NCBI GenBank assembly: GCA_040397545.1
Contig: JBBAVV010000002.1
Span: forward strand, 1,632-65,631
From: Pirellulales bacterium
Lineage (GTDB): Bacteria; Planctomycetota; Planctomycetia; Pirellulales; UBA1268
Direction of reading: 5' to 3'
DNA: 64,000 bases
How positions within the stretch are numbered: position 1 is the first letter of the stretch; each line of letters starts with the position of its first letter. The position numbers were made by a program, and so were the translations under genes. Under the pieces are notes generated by a model. It did not search any database. It worked only from the letters and a program-made list of their open reading frames with translations, and was not told the DNA's origin. This document shows positions 26,722-36,553 of this stretch, one piece after another.

Positions 26722-27489
26722 TCAGGCGGCCCGGGACAAGGGGGGCGATCGGCGGCGGACCTGGCTGGAAAAGGGGAGCACGGTGGGGATCGGTGCACTG
26801 CGGACGAGATTCATTCCCCCCTGGAAGTGGTGGGCTGATCCGGGAACGATCCGGCCGTCGGGGATCAGCCCCCCCGCATCGCCGTGCAGTTCGACCGAGC
26901 CGTGCCGGGTGGTCCAGGACGAGGGGACGACATCATCGAACCGGATACGATTGACTTCGGGGCCGATGCCGGTGGGCTTCAGAACGATCAAATCCCCTTC
27001 GATGAACGCGTCATGGGCACGGAGATCCCGTTCCCACCGGGCGAGGATGGGGGGCTTGTCGTCGCTGTAGCGCATCGAGACGTCGAGCCGATCGTCGGCG
27101 GTGGCCCGGCCGAAGGCGGTCCGCCCGTCGTCGATCAGCGCGATCGACGCGGCCACGTATTTGGGAAAGCCGAGGTGATGCCCCCCTTGCCTGGCGACCC
27201 AGGTCGTGACCGGCATCGTTACCGGAAACCATCCTTCGACCCCGTCGTGGGATGCCCGGAGGAGCATCGACCATTCTTGGTAGCAGGTCAGTGGCCAGGG
27301 GCTGACCTGGAGATAGTCGACGAGGAACAGCTTCACGACCGGCCTGGCCGGCATCGCGAGGCGATCGGGGAGATACTGGCGGTAAAGGCCGGGATCGTCC
27401 GGCCCGTAGTGGGCGGTGATCGCGTTGAGCTCGAGGAATTGGCCGCCGTTGTGGGCGAAGAGGAGCCAGTCGAGGAGAGTCCGGATCAT
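26722..27489 (-). CDS. acetoacetate-decarboxylase-like (ADC family) protein
   Basis: CYQEWSMLLRASHDGVEGWFPVTMPVTTWVARQGGHHLGFPKYVAASIAL resembles the ADC-family core (Y-x-E .. GRE-x-WG-x-PK). The start was set at MIRTLLD. Confidence 0.5.
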   Translation of the reverse strand: MIRTLLDWLLFAHNGGQFLELNAITAHYGPDDPGLYRQYLPDRLAMPARPVVKLFLVDYLQVSPWPLTCYQEWSMLLRASHDGVEGWFPVTMPVTTWVARQGGHHLGFPKYVAASIALIDDGRTAFGRATADDRLDVSMRYSDDKPPILARWERDLRAHDAFIEGDLIVLKPTGIGPEVNRIRFDDVVPSSWTTRHGSVELHGDAGGLIPDGRIVPGSAHHFQGGMNLVRSAPIPTVLPFSSQVRRRSPPLSRAA

Positions 27490-27582
27490 CGGTTCGTCCT
27501 CGGAGAATGGCTGGGGCAGAGGACTCGAGGCGGGACGGTAGCGAAACCGACGCCCTCTCGCCACCGCATTCCGGGCCGGCTT

Positions 27583-28035
27583 TCAGCCCTGATGCGGTCG
27601 GGTCTGTTCGGCCGTCCGCGGCGGGGGGGGCGGGCAGAAGCAGAGCCGGGCCGGCTCTCCCCGGCGGCCGATGACGATCGCCACCTGGCCAAACTCCAGG
27701 CCGAGCTGCACCGCGGCCTTTTGCCCGATGCCGAGGACGAGCAGGCTCGGCTCCGGCGGCCAATCGTTCCCCTCCCCGACTCCCTCCCCTTCCAGCATCG
27801 GCAGGCCGAGGCAGGCGATGCGGCGGGCGAGGTCTGCCATCCGGCGCCGGTTCTCGGCGGCGTCGAGGGGGAGCGAGCCCGGATTGCAGGCGGTAATGTA
27901 GGCCCAATGTTCGTGCCCGTGATCGGTGAGGAGGGCGTCGAGGGGGGCCGAAAGCGCGCCGCAGCGAATGGTGAAGCGGTCGCCAACCCGGTAGTCGGTC
28001 GCTTCGTAGGCTTCTTTGAGTGGATGGTCGGTCAT
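27583..28035 (-). CDS. DUF3293-like protein
   Basis: HWAYITACNPGS..AENRRRM..L..LGLP..GEG..WPPEPSLLVLGI..A..LG..FGQVAIV pattern. Start at MTDHPLKE. Confidence 0.55.
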   Translation of the reverse strand: MTDHPLKEAYEATDYRVGDRFTIRCGALSAPLDALLTDHGHEHWAYITACNPGSLPLDAAENRRRMADLARRIACLGLPMLEGEGVGEGNDWPPEPSLLVLGIGQKAAVQLGLEFGQVAIVIGRRGEPARLCFCPPPPPRTAEQTRPHQG

Positions 28036-28386
28036 GATCACCCTTCCTTCCGAGGGACCGCCATCGTGACAGCCGCCAAGCCGCTGCGGTAGACACATGT
28101 CACCAGGGCGCGGGGTGGGGCAATCTGTCCGGAGCATCCGAGCTCCAGCGGTGGGTTCATCGTCACAGCCGGCTCCACGGTGGCGAGGATTGCGGTTGGG
28201 GTGAAAAGTGTTGCTTTCTCAACGCCCCGCCGAGCCCTTATCTCCGGGGCAGACCCGGCCTGGATTCATCGCCGCCGGTATGGGAAGGTCCGGGGGGCCG
28301 GGGGATCTCCGGCGCGGACGGCGGCCAAGCCCCGCCGGCGGGCCCAGGCGGCGGCCGGTCTCTCCCCTGCTCCCGCGAGGTCAGGC

Positions 28387-29019
28387 ATGGAATACGACGA
28401 CACGTTCAATGGCAGCCCGGCCGCCGGGATCGACCTCCTGCAGTGGGATGAGAAAAACCGGGCGTTCTGGACCGATCGCCTCGGGCGCCGCTATCTCCTC
28501 TCGGTCGTGCCGACGCGCGCGAGAACGGGGAAGATCCTGGAGATCGGAGCGGCTTGGTACAACAAATATCAAAAGGAGGTCGTGGGCCGGGAGAACGAGC
28601 TCACCATCTTCGACATCAAAGAGCCTGATCACCCCGACATCGTCTCCATTGCCGGTCTCGACCGGTACGTCCGCTTCGACATGACCGCGAGTACCGCGGC
28701 GACCGACGCCCCCGGCGGCGCGCTTGTAGGCGGCTTCTGCAACGCTTTCGACGAGATCCGCAGCTGGGGTGTGCTCTCCCACTACGGCTTCGCGAGGGAC
28801 CAGTGCCGACAGTACCTCGACAATGTTCGTGGCTTTCTCAAGGACGGCGGGCAGGCGATCTTCAAGCTCGATCGCGATACCCACAAGGCGAAGAAGTATC
28901 CGCCGACGATCACCCTGGAGTTTCTCGAGGAGTTGATCCGGGAGCGGTTCACGATCTGCCACACCGACACGCTCGTGGGCAACACCCCGGGAAACGTCCA
29001 CTACGTCGAGAAGCGGTGA
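28387..29019 (+). CDS. putative SAM-dependent methyltransferase-like protein
   Basis: GKILEIGAAWYN (motif-I-like) and LKDGGQAIFKL (post-II/III-like). 210 aa from MEYDD. Confidence 0.45.
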   Translation: MEYDDTFNGSPAAGIDLLQWDEKNRAFWTDRLGRRYLLSVVPTRARTGKILEIGAAWYNKYQKEVVGRENELTIFDIKEPDHPDIVSIAGLDRYVRFDMTASTAATDAPGGALVGGFCNAFDEIRSWGVLSHYGFARDQCRQYLDNVRGFLKDGGQAIFKLDRDTHKAKKYPPTITLEFLEELIRERFTICHTDTLVGNTPGNVHYVEKR

Positions 29020-29149
29020 GCGACTCCGCCCCCGTTCTTCCCCGCTCACGATTCTCGCCCGGGGCGGATGAACCGGGATGAACCTCCCCTTCCGGTCTGC
29101 GGGGAGGTTTTCGACCGCAACAGACGGGGCGGGATCGGCTTCACGCCGG

Positions 29150-29420
29150 TGCGCTCCAGCTCGGCCCGCGTGAGCGAGTGGCCGCGGGAGGATGGCACGA
29201 CAGCCCGCATCGTGCAACTCGTCGTCGCCGACTGTGGCCGCACCGTCGACGAGTGGAAGCTCCTCCCCGGTCGCGAGAATCACCTCTTCGATGGCTGGGT
29301 GATGGCGACCGTGGCCGCCAGCGCCGCGGGGATCACCGCGGTCGGGGCGGAGCCGTCGCCGGAGCGGCGGCGAAAGCGGGTGAAGGTGCCGAAGGCATGG
29401 GCGTTGCGGAAGACGATCAC
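29150..29420 (+). pseudogene. GpA-type phage terminase large-subunit remnant, copy A
   Basis: ..EWPREDGTTARIVQLVVADCGRTVDEWKLLPGRENHLFDGWVMATVAASAAGITAVGAEPSPERRRKRVKVPK. Only the last ~80 codons survive, with internal deletions relative to copy B. Confidence 0.6.
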
Positions 29421-29691
29421 GGTCAAGCAGGCCGAGTGGCGACGGAGCGGCCGCGGCGATTCGATCCGCAACAGTTCGGGCCAGCCCCACCATCACTCTC
29501 CTCACGGAAGGTCCTTCCTGCCAATCCCGACCGGGCTGTGGTATGGCTGCCTGTTTCATCGCTTTTGGGGTCTTCAGCCGCTTGCGAACCGAGAGGCGAT
29601 TTGAAATACTGTCGACCGGGAGAGATTTTTTGAGGTCGATGGTTCCGAATGACCATCGGCTCTCGCTTCACACGCAGGAGTTCCGCCCCCG

Positions 29692-30414
29692 ATGAATCGC
29701 TTCGTTCGATCTTTTGCTCATGTGGTCATCGCCACCCTCGCCGCAGTCGCTGCCGCCCAGGCTGAGGCAACGCAATTGGTAATCTCTGGATCGGCGAATT
29801 TTCCCACGAGTTTCACCGCATTCACTGATAGTGTGAGCACGGCGTATCTCTACTTCGATAACAGCGGCGTGGCGTCTGCCCCCATGACCCCGTTCAACGC
29901 ATCGCTTGGAACGCTCGACAAGGTCAACGTTGATTGGGATTTCGGTGGGTCGTTCAACGGCACCACCGGCAGTAGCGGCGGCGGCGCGGGTATTGGTTTT
30001 GGAGGATCCATGTATGTGAACTCGATCTCGTATGCCGGGAACGGGGGTGGAAATGGAATTGATGGGATTGCACCAAGCACACTGTTTTCGTTCACGGTGT
30101 CCAACGTCGCTACCCACAATGAGTTCCTTTCCTCGGAGGCCGGCGTGAGCTACAGTTCAGCGATTTGGGCCGCTTTTACCGGCGTTTCTCCGTATACCGT
30201 CTCTCTCGATTCCGGAACGGGGTCTTATGGTTCGTACGACGGAGTCGCCAGTGGCACGATGACCACCTACCGAAATGTGATCGTGTCATACACATACACA
30301 CCGTCCGCAGTCCCTGAGATAGAGCCCGCTACTGGCTCGAGCGACCTCTCGCTCGTCGCTGGTGTGCTCGCGATGATCGAGCAGCGGCGTCGGCGTGCCA
30401 CGCTCGCAACTTAA
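29692..30414 (+). CDS. secreted protein with PEP-CTERM-like anchor (cargo A)
   Basis: Signal peptide MNRFVRSFAHVVIATLAAVAAAQA. C-terminal VPEIEPATGSSDLSLVAGVLAMIEQRRRR. Confidence 0.75.
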   Translation: MNRFVRSFAHVVIATLAAVAAAQAEATQLVISGSANFPTSFTAFTDSVSTAYLYFDNSGVASAPMTPFNASLGTLDKVNVDWDFGGSFNGTTGSSGGGAGIGFGGSMYVNSISYAGNGGGNGIDGIAPSTLFSFTVSNVATHNEFLSSEAGVSYSSAIWAAFTGVSPYTVSLDSGTGSYGSYDGVASGTMTTYRNVIVSYTYTPSAVPEIEPATGSSDLSLVAGVLAMIEQRRRRATLAT

Positions 30415-30445
30415 TCGAGCAGACCTGTTGATCGCTGATCCACTC

Positions 30446-30486
30446 CCGGGCCGGGCATCGCAAGGTGCCCGGCCCGGTTTCTTTTT
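30446..30486 (+). terminator. rho-independent terminator
   Basis: Perfect 12-bp stem CCGGGCCGGGCA / TGCCCGGCCCGG with an 8-nt loop, followed by TTTCTTTTT. Lies 32 nt after the PEP-CTERM gene stop. Confidence 0.8.
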
Positions 30487-30614
30487 GGGGGCATAGGGTC
30501 GTGCGCGTTGAACGCATGCGCGATAGGTACGCCCCATCGAACCGGGAACGAGTCCCGATATCTCTCCGCCACACCCCCTGCGCGTTCATGCCTATCCCTA
30601 CAACAATCGGAGGC

Positions 30615-30830
30615 ATGAACAATCCAATCACCGTCAGCCGACCCCGTGTCGCCGAGATGATCGGCCGAAAGTCGGGCACGCTTCGAGCATGGAGTTCGCA
30701 GACTCCGCCCTGCGTCCACGTCCTCGACTTCGACGCCCTGGGAATCCGAAGCGAGATCCTGGCGGGCTTCGCCCTTCGACGCGGCGCCTGCAACAACTTC
30801 GGGCCCCTCTCTCCGCCGCGCGGGCCTTCC
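30615..30830 (+). pseudogene. deletion fusion: AlpA-like HTH N-terminus joined to an internal fragment of the HExxH-protein gene
   Basis: MNNPITVSRPRVAEMIGRKSGTLRAWSSQTPP matches the start of ORF 38946. It is followed directly by CVHVLDFDALGIRSEILAGFALRRG, which matches IHVVSFEALGIRNNILAGFILARG at residues ~93-116 of ORF 39163. Confidence 0.65.
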
Positions 30831-30979
30831 GACAGCCGCAGGATGGGCAGCCGATGGGTGATGGGGCCGGGCGCCGATTGGCGGCCGCTGTCCCGCATCG
30901 ATTTGGCCGTGATAGCAGGAGCACTTAGACTGCGATCGACTCGGTTGTCGCCGGGTACTCGTGCCGTGGAGCAGCAGCA

Positions 30980-31486
30980 ATGGGGGAGTACCGCATTCCT
31001 TTCGACGATGTGTTCTTGGTCGAGATCCTCGGTCGGCATCGCCGCACCAAGAAACGCCGCATGATCGCGATCAAGGGCTTCGTCGGATGTTTCCTCGTCT
31101 TTGCCGCCGTTTCGTCACTCATGCAGGGGTGGCCCGGCATGGCGGCCTTCTGGGTGTTTTTGGTCGTGGCAATACTTTTCTCGCATCGGATCGATTACTG
31201 GCTCGCCCAGCGGGCATTTCGTCGATCACCGTCATGCGGCAAAATCGTCACACTCACGGTAGGGCCGGAGGGAGTACACACCGTCTCGAACACCCACGAC
31301 GCGAAGGTGGCGTGGGCAGCGTACACCAGCGCCTCCATCTTTCCGGACGGCATGATGCTGTATCAGGGACCGGGTGTCTTTCAGTGGCTCCCCGACCGAT
31401 TGCTCGTATCGGGGACCCGAGCGGGTGCGGAATCGATCGTGCGAACGCAGATCAACGATGTTCGAGTTGTGCTTGCCGGAGGTTGA
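30980..31486 (+). CDS. YcxB-like membrane protein (168 aa)
   Basis: Two central TM helices (GFVGCFLVFAAVSSL, AAFWVFLVVAILF) followed by a small soluble domain. The topology is typical of the YcxB-like family. Confidence 0.5.
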   Translation: MGEYRIPFDDVFLVEILGRHRRTKKRRMIAIKGFVGCFLVFAAVSSLMQGWPGMAAFWVFLVVAILFSHRIDYWLAQRAFRRSPSCGKIVTLTVGPEGVHTVSNTHDAKVAWAAYTSASIFPDGMMLYQGPGVFQWLPDRLLVSGTRAGAESIVRTQINDVRVVLAGG

Positions 31487-31651
31487 GTCTCGTGCCCTGT
31501 CCCCTTTAACGGGGCCACGGTTGGAGCGAGAATCCGGCGTGATCGAGGCGTTGGGAGGGGCATCGATGCCACCCGGAAAGCGAGGCCAAGAGGTGGGGAG
31601 GCGGCTCCTCCGTCCACGTCGTGGCCTCTGGCACGCACCCGGAGCAACCCG

Positions 31652-32368
31652 GTGAGAACTTCACCGCCTCCAGCGCCAAGCTCAACCTTGCCGATAGCCA
31701 CCCCGGCGGGCCCGAAGCCACGCTCCAGGCCGGGTTCACGAAGCTGGTCGATAGGCTCCCCGGAGCGCGGTTGGCCGCGGGAAGATGACACCACGGCCCG
31801 CATCGAACAACTCGTCGTCGATGCCAACTGGGGCCAGTCAACGCAGACGGTTCGCGAGTTCTGCCGGCGGCACGCCTCGAGCGCCATCGTTCTCCCCAGC
31901 CACGGCCGCGGGATCGGGCCGACGGCTCGCCCCGTTCCCGACCGGAAGGAGAATCCCGGGGAACGGATCGGCCCCGGCTGGAAGATCGGCACCATCAGCG
32001 GCCAGCGCGGATTGCTCTTCGACGCGAATCAATGGAAGCGCTTTCTGGCTGCCCGGCTGAAGACTACGGTCGGCGATCCGGGCGCCCTCACCTTCCACCA
32101 GGCGGAGCATGGCATGCTCCTCGATCGCCTCACCTCCGAGCAGCCGATCGTCGACAGCGCCCGCGGCCGGACCGTCGACGAGTGGAAGCTCCGCCCCGGG
32201 CGGGGAAATCACCTCTTCGACTGCTGTGTGATGGCGACCGTCGCCGCCAGCGCCGCCGGGATCACCGTCGTCGGGGCGGAGCCGTCGCCGGAGCGACAGC
32301 GAAAGCGGGTGGAGATCCCGAAGGCGGGGGCGCCGAGGACGATCTCGACCATGCGTGGCAAGTGGTGA
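31652..32368 (+). pseudogene. GpA-type phage terminase large-subunit remnant, copy B (C-terminal ~240 codons)
   Basis: TARIEQLVVDANWGQSTQTVREFCRR.., LLFDANQWKRFLAARL, and TFHQAEHGMLLDRLTSEQP..GRTVDEWKLRPGRGNHLFDCCVMATVAASAAG. These fit the nuclease/C-terminal part of lambda GpA-like terminases. The ATPase domain is absent. Confidence 0.65.
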
Positions 32369-32769
32369 AGGCGGACGATCTACCCCGCGATCCCGTCGCC
32401 TACGGGGCGGCAAAACGTCAGGACAATCCGTCTCCGACGGGGTGACACGGGAATCGTGATCCCACTGGTCGTCAGAGTTGACAGGCTGGAACACTGCCGA
32501 TCTGAGGCAACTTGCTGTGCGAGCCAAGTGTCGTCGAGGAGTGATTGGCGTCCTGCAGCCAGCGGTTGAAGTCCTTCCGAAAGGGAAGTAAGAATGGAGG
32601 GAGTGCGTGTTGTGCGCTGGCTGTGCCTATCGGTTTCTTAAACAATCCCTATGACCAGCACCGACGTGAATAAAGCACGCCCACCGAAACGCAGGCGTGA
32701 TAACACAAAGACGTCAGTTGCACTAATGACTAAATAAATACGGCGTTGGGGTAGAGGAGATCACTTCGC

Positions 32770-33390
32770 ATGATGTCGAACAAGCCTTCATTCGTAGACA
32801 AAACGGCGGATCGCGGGGACTACTTGGTTGAGTGCTACCGCTCCGGCCATGAAGAGTTGATGTTTCGCGTGTCTCATCGCGACAACTGGCTCAAAATTCA
32901 AATGCTAGCGCAGACAACGTTTCTGGCGCTAGCGTTTGGCGTGGAAGTGGCGGGTGTCAAGGCGACATCCAGTATTCCAACGGCGCTGGCGCTTGCACTG
33001 CCGACGGCATTAACCTTGACCTGCCTTTACGTTGTCGAAGACCGACTAATCGGTTTGATTTCCCGATACCTCGGTCGGCTATCGGATCTCGAAGCCAGTT
33101 TGACGAAGAGCGACGCGGTTATCGAATACATCGGTTCCTCCTCAGAAATTCGCGAATATGCGAATAGCGTACTGCCATTTCGTGTGCTGGCACAAGTCGT
33201 TGCGTTCGCACTTGTTCCTACACTTCTCTCGACATATCGGTTTGCCAACGTTCCTGAATGGCCGTGGTACACAAAAGTAGAGATCGTGCTCAATGCAGCA
33301 TGCTTTGAGTTAATACTAACTCTATTGCACATGTCCTACAAAGAGCGCAAAACTTCCGGCCGTGCCAAGTTTACTAACCCAAGCGAATAG
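32770..33390 (+). CDS. multi-pass membrane protein of unknown family (low-GC cargo B)
   Basis: 206-aa ORF with 4-5 hydrophobic helices. Local GC is far below the flanks, including AT-rich flanking sequence 32600-32770. Confidence 0.6.
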   Translation: MMSNKPSFVDKTADRGDYLVECYRSGHEELMFRVSHRDNWLKIQMLAQTTFLALAFGVEVAGVKATSSIPTALALALPTALTLTCLYVVEDRLIGLISRYLGRLSDLEASLTKSDAVIEYIGSSSEIREYANSVLPFRVLAQVVAFALVPTLLSTYRFANVPEWPWYTKVEIVLNAACFELILTLLHMSYKERKTSGRAKFTNPSE

Positions 33391-33654
33391 ATCCGAAATA
33401 AGTTTCTGCTCAATAAAATGAAAAGCCCGAGTCGCGGCTCTGGCGATTTCTGAAATCAACGATAAGAGCCGCCGCCTGGTTCCGCTGGTCTTTAGGAGGC
33501 ACTGAAGCGGCGTGGTCGGCATGGGTGAGCATGAGTCGGCAGTCGTCCGCGGTCCGCCCCTGAGGTCTGGCAAGAGCCAGAAATCGCGACTTGTCCCGAT
33601 TCCTCTCTGCCACACCCCATTCGCCATTGGTCAGCATCCATACACATTCAGGGC

Positions 33655-33954
33655 ATGAACACACCACATGCCGTTCCACGATCCCTTCCTGCCGAGATGA
33701 TCGGCCGAAAACCTAGCACGCTGCGGTCCTGGGCTTCACAGACGCCGCCCCGCGGACCCCGCCCCGTCAAGACCGGACCGACGCAGCAGGCCCGCACGTT
33801 CTACCCCGTGGTCGAGATCCCCGACTGGCTCGCCGATCCCGTGGCCTACGAGGCACGAAGAAGGCCGCCCAATGCCCCCGTGGCTGACATCACATCCGAC
33901 GAGGCCCGGATGTCGCCGCGTACCGCTTTAGGCGGGGGTGGGGCTCGGAGCTGA
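33655..33954 (+). CDS. AlpA/excisionase-family HTH protein, copy B (3' end fused by an indel to the start of the next, deleted gene)
   Basis: MNTPHAVPRSLPAEMIGRKPSTLRSWASQTPPRGPRPVKTGPTQQARTFYPVVEIPDWLADPVAYEA parallels ORF 38946. It continues ..PVADITSDEA, the start of the ORF 39163 homologue, then homology is lost. Confidence 0.6.
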   Translation: MNTPHAVPRSLPAEMIGRKPSTLRSWASQTPPRGPRPVKTGPTQQARTFYPVVEIPDWLADPVAYEARRRPPNAPVADITSDEARMSPRTALGGGGARS

Positions 33955-34093
33955 TTGATGCAGCACGAGCAGTGCTCTTCACCCAGATGCTCCCGCGATC
34001 CCCAGGGCAAGCGCTCCCCGCGGGGCAATAAAGTTCGGTGGTGTTTTTTCCCAATCTGGTAGGGTCGACCCGCGCACGGGCGTCTGGGAGGGG

Positions 34094-34300
34094 ATGGAAG
34101 TCCCGGAACGGGCGCCAGGGAAACCCGACCTCGGAAGACGATTTGCCATCTCTTCGTTTGCGGAGCGGTGGAAAAGCGTAGGCCGATCGACGCAAAACGA
34201 TTCTGTTGTTCACACTGGCTCGATTCGCCAGTCGCGGCGAAACATTTTCGGCTGCCCGCCCGAACGGACTTTCGTCTGGTGTACTTTCCGAAAGGATCAT
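34094..34300 (+). repeat. ~200-bp repeat upstream of cargo gene, copy 1
   Basis: Aligns to 37555-37761 (GACCTCGGAAGACGA..GCCATC..CGGTGG..AGCGTAGGCCGATC..TCGATTCGCCAGTCGCG..GGACTTT..ACTTTCCGAA.GGATCA). The first part can be read as PDLGRRFAISSFAERWKSVGRSTQNDSVV. Confidence 0.75.
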
Positions 34301-34302
34301 TC

Positions 34303-35412
34303 ATGCGTTTACGACCATCATCGTTTCGGGGTGTGGCGATTGCGGCGGTGTTTCTTTTCGCCGCACTCGCCTCCGTTGTGCCTGCTCCTGCTCGTGCCGT
34401 CACGATCGACATGGTGAAGGTGGGCAACGCCGGCAACGCCGACGACACGGGGGGGAGCTATATTGGCCGCGTGGACTACAGCTATCAGATCAGCAAGTAC
34501 GACGTGACGATTGGTCAGTACACGGCGTTTCTGAATGCGGCCGATCCCACTGGCATCAATCCCAACGCTATCTACAACTCGGAAATGGGAACTCATACGA
34601 GCATCTCCGGTATCTCCTACGACTCGACCGCGTCAGACGGAGCGAAGTACAGCGCTATCGGCCCGGCTGGAACAGCGTATGGCCAGACCGCAGCAAACCG
34701 CCCGATCACGTACGTGAGTTGGTTTGACGCCGCGAGGTTTGCGAACTGGATGACGAACGGCCAGGGAGGCCCCGGGACCACGGAGACGGGGGCGTACAAT
34801 CTCTTGACCGCCGATCCCGGCGTGGCCCCGGCAAAGACTCCCGGCGCGGCGTTCTCCATCCCGACTGCAAACGAGTGGTACAAGGCGGCCTATTTTTCAC
34901 CGAACTACGGCGGGCCAGGCCTCGAGGGCTACTACAAGTACGCTACGCAGAGCGATGCCGGGCCGGGCAACATCATCGGGAGCGGGAACAACCAGGTAAA
35001 TTACCACGCTGTTGTATGGTCCGTGACGCAGCAGGGGGGGGATGTTGTTCCGAACCAAAATTACCTGACGGATGTGGGGGCGTTCACGAACAGTCCGTCA
35101 TATTATGGAACGTTCGACCAGAGCGGGAACGTGGATCAGTGGAATGATCTCGATGGTGCTGCCGGCACGGTTCGTGGCTTTCGGGGCGGCTATTGGTACA
35201 GCGGGCTTGCCGATTTCGTGTCCTCCTCCGGCAGCAACTCGCGCGATCCGTTTTACGAGCACGACGGCCTTGGTTTTCGTCTTGTCTCGGTGCCCGAGAT
35301 CGACCCGAGTCACTTTGGTCCCGCTCTGGCCCTGGTGCTCGGGTCGCTGGGGCTGCGTGAATATGGGCGGCAAGCCGGTCGTCGCCGAGCAGGTGCAAAG
35401 CGGGTTCGCTAG
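34303..35412 (+). CDS. formylglycine-generating-enzyme (SUMF1/FGE) fold protein with PEP-CTERM-like anchor
   Basis: Signal MRLRPSSFRGVAIAAVFLFAALASVVPAPARA. ISKYDVTIGQYTAFLN, RPITYVSWFDAARFANWM, and GFRGGYW..GLGFRLVSVPEIDPSHFGPALALVLGSLGL. Confidence 0.8.
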   Translation: MRLRPSSFRGVAIAAVFLFAALASVVPAPARAVTIDMVKVGNAGNADDTGGSYIGRVDYSYQISKYDVTIGQYTAFLNAADPTGINPNAIYNSEMGTHTSISGISYDSTASDGAKYSAIGPAGTAYGQTAANRPITYVSWFDAARFANWMTNGQGGPGTTETGAYNLLTADPGVAPAKTPGAAFSIPTANEWYKAAYFSPNYGGPGLEGYYKYATQSDAGPGNIIGSGNNQVNYHAVVWSVTQQGGDVVPNQNYLTDVGAFTNSPSYYGTFDQSGNVDQWNDLDGAAGTVRGFRGGYWYSGLADFVSSSGSNSRDPFYEHDGLGFRLVSVPEIDPSHFGPALALVLGSLGLREYGRQAGRRRAGAKRVR

Positions 35413-35419
35413 CGACAGG

Positions 35420-35532
35420 TCCAGTTTGACCGCCGCAACGAGTTCGGCGGGCTGGAGCACGCCGCACCGGTCGCCCCTGGGTGGCGAAGGACGGAGAAGG
35501 AGGGCAAGCAGGCGCGGAAGGCCGTGGGGTAG
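35420..35532 (+). pseudogene. 3' fragment of a thermonuclease (SNase-like) gene
   Basis: Reads IQFDRRNEFGGLEHAAPVAPGWRRTEKEGKQARKAVG*. It aligns to the last ~55 codons of 43885-44379 with an internal deletion. Confidence 0.6.
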
Positions 35533-35549
35533 GGGCGGTAGAACGCCGG

Positions 35550-35577
35550 CTGTGTGCCCGCCGGCGGGCTGTGTGCC
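35550..35577 (+). repeat. pair of direct 9-mers CTGTGTGCC (19-nt spacing) just after the nuclease fragment stop
   Basis: Positional analogue of the CTGTCTACA pair at 44394-44423. Confidence 0.5.
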
Positions 35578-35648
35578 CCCGACTCCAGCGCCTCGGGCTG
35601 CTCGTTGCACCGATCGATTCCAACCATCCTGATGCTTTTGGAGATCCG

Positions 35649-36434
35649 ATGACGAACGCCAATGAGCCGGCCTGGCGGCTGAAGTGCGACGGCTGCGGCA
35701 AGGTCCTGTCCGGTCCGATCAGCCTCGCCGGCCGCCAAGTGAAATGCCCCAAATGCGCGCATGCGTTTCGCGTTCCCGATGCGAAACCGACGGCAACGCC
35801 GGCGGATCTCGCTCCGCCCACGGCACCGATTCCCAACCGCGGCGCCGCCAGAAGCACGGCTTCGGATCCGGGCAATGTCAGCCTGTCGCGCGCGAAACTG
35901 GAGGTCTTGTACCCCAACTTCTTCACCCCCAGCGGGCTCCTGATGCGACTTTGGAAGAGTCTCGCAGGCAGTGCGCCGTTCTCGCCCTCGGGCATCGACA
36001 AGCATCTGCAGTTCGGCGACAGTCGCGCGGCGGTTGTGGTTTCGGTGTCGCCGCTGCTGGTGGCCGCGTATTCCGATGAGCGCGATTGCGTCGTAATGCT
36101 CGAGTTTTCGGAGGAGCTTGTGGCGACCTATCGCCTGAAACCGGGCTCACGGTTGATCACCGTCAACACGTATATGCAGGGCCCCAAGCGACCCGTCGCC
36201 GACTTGATCGAAGGGCCGCTTTCGCGGGGCCATTGGCACAACGTGATACCCATGATCGCCGATTTCCTATCGGACGACATGGGCACGATCGAGAGCCGAA
36301 AACAGGCGATCAGAGACGAGGAATGGCAGCGAACGGCCAAGCTGGGCGCGGAGTATATGCAAAAGAAGCCCGGCAAGGCCCGCGACGGTCGACCCCTCGG
36401 CAGCTGGAAGCCGTGCGTCACCAGCTTGTTCTGA
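35649..36434 (+). CDS. hypothetical protein with N-terminal zinc ribbon
   Basis: WRLKCDGCGKVLSGPISLAGRQVKCPKCAHAFRVPD. 261 aa from ATG 35649. Confidence 0.6.
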   Translation: MTNANEPAWRLKCDGCGKVLSGPISLAGRQVKCPKCAHAFRVPDAKPTATPADLAPPTAPIPNRGAARSTASDPGNVSLSRAKLEVLYPNFFTPSGLLMRLWKSLAGSAPFSPSGIDKHLQFGDSRAAVVVSVSPLLVAAYSDERDCVVMLEFSEELVATYRLKPGSRLITVNTYMQGPKRPVADLIEGPLSRGHWHNVIPMIADFLSDDMGTIESRKQAIRDEEWQRTAKLGAEYMQKKPGKARDGRPLGSWKPCVTSLF

Positions 36435-36553
36435 ACCCAGCCTGATCTACGTTCTGTCTGAAAACGGTTTGGTGAGTCGCCGCACGGGTCTGTCATTGGT
36501 GTTCCGACAAGGAGGTCGGCCATCAGGAAACGGCACGAAGTCAGGGACGATCA

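Noticed and set aside
34094-34300. Riboswitch interpretation of the 200-bp repeat
   Set aside because: It resembles no riboswitch class that I know. Only two copies exist, so covariation cannot be assessed. Part of it reads as a decayed HTH-coding sequence.
34303-35412. Possible diversity-generating retroelement target. The FGE/C-type-lectin fold with a C-terminal GG.W...GFR region is a common DGR variable-protein scaffold.
   Set aside because: I could find no template-repeat copy of the 35160-35290 region and no reverse transcriptase gene anywhere in the window.
35611-35640. Weak similarity of CGATCGATTCCAACCATCCTGAT to the 3' end of the tRNA-Ser-like gene (GGTTCGAATCCCATGCCCTCC..CTGAT), a possible decayed att core
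   Set aside because: The match is only partial and was found by eye. It cannot be distinguished from chance without alignment statistics.
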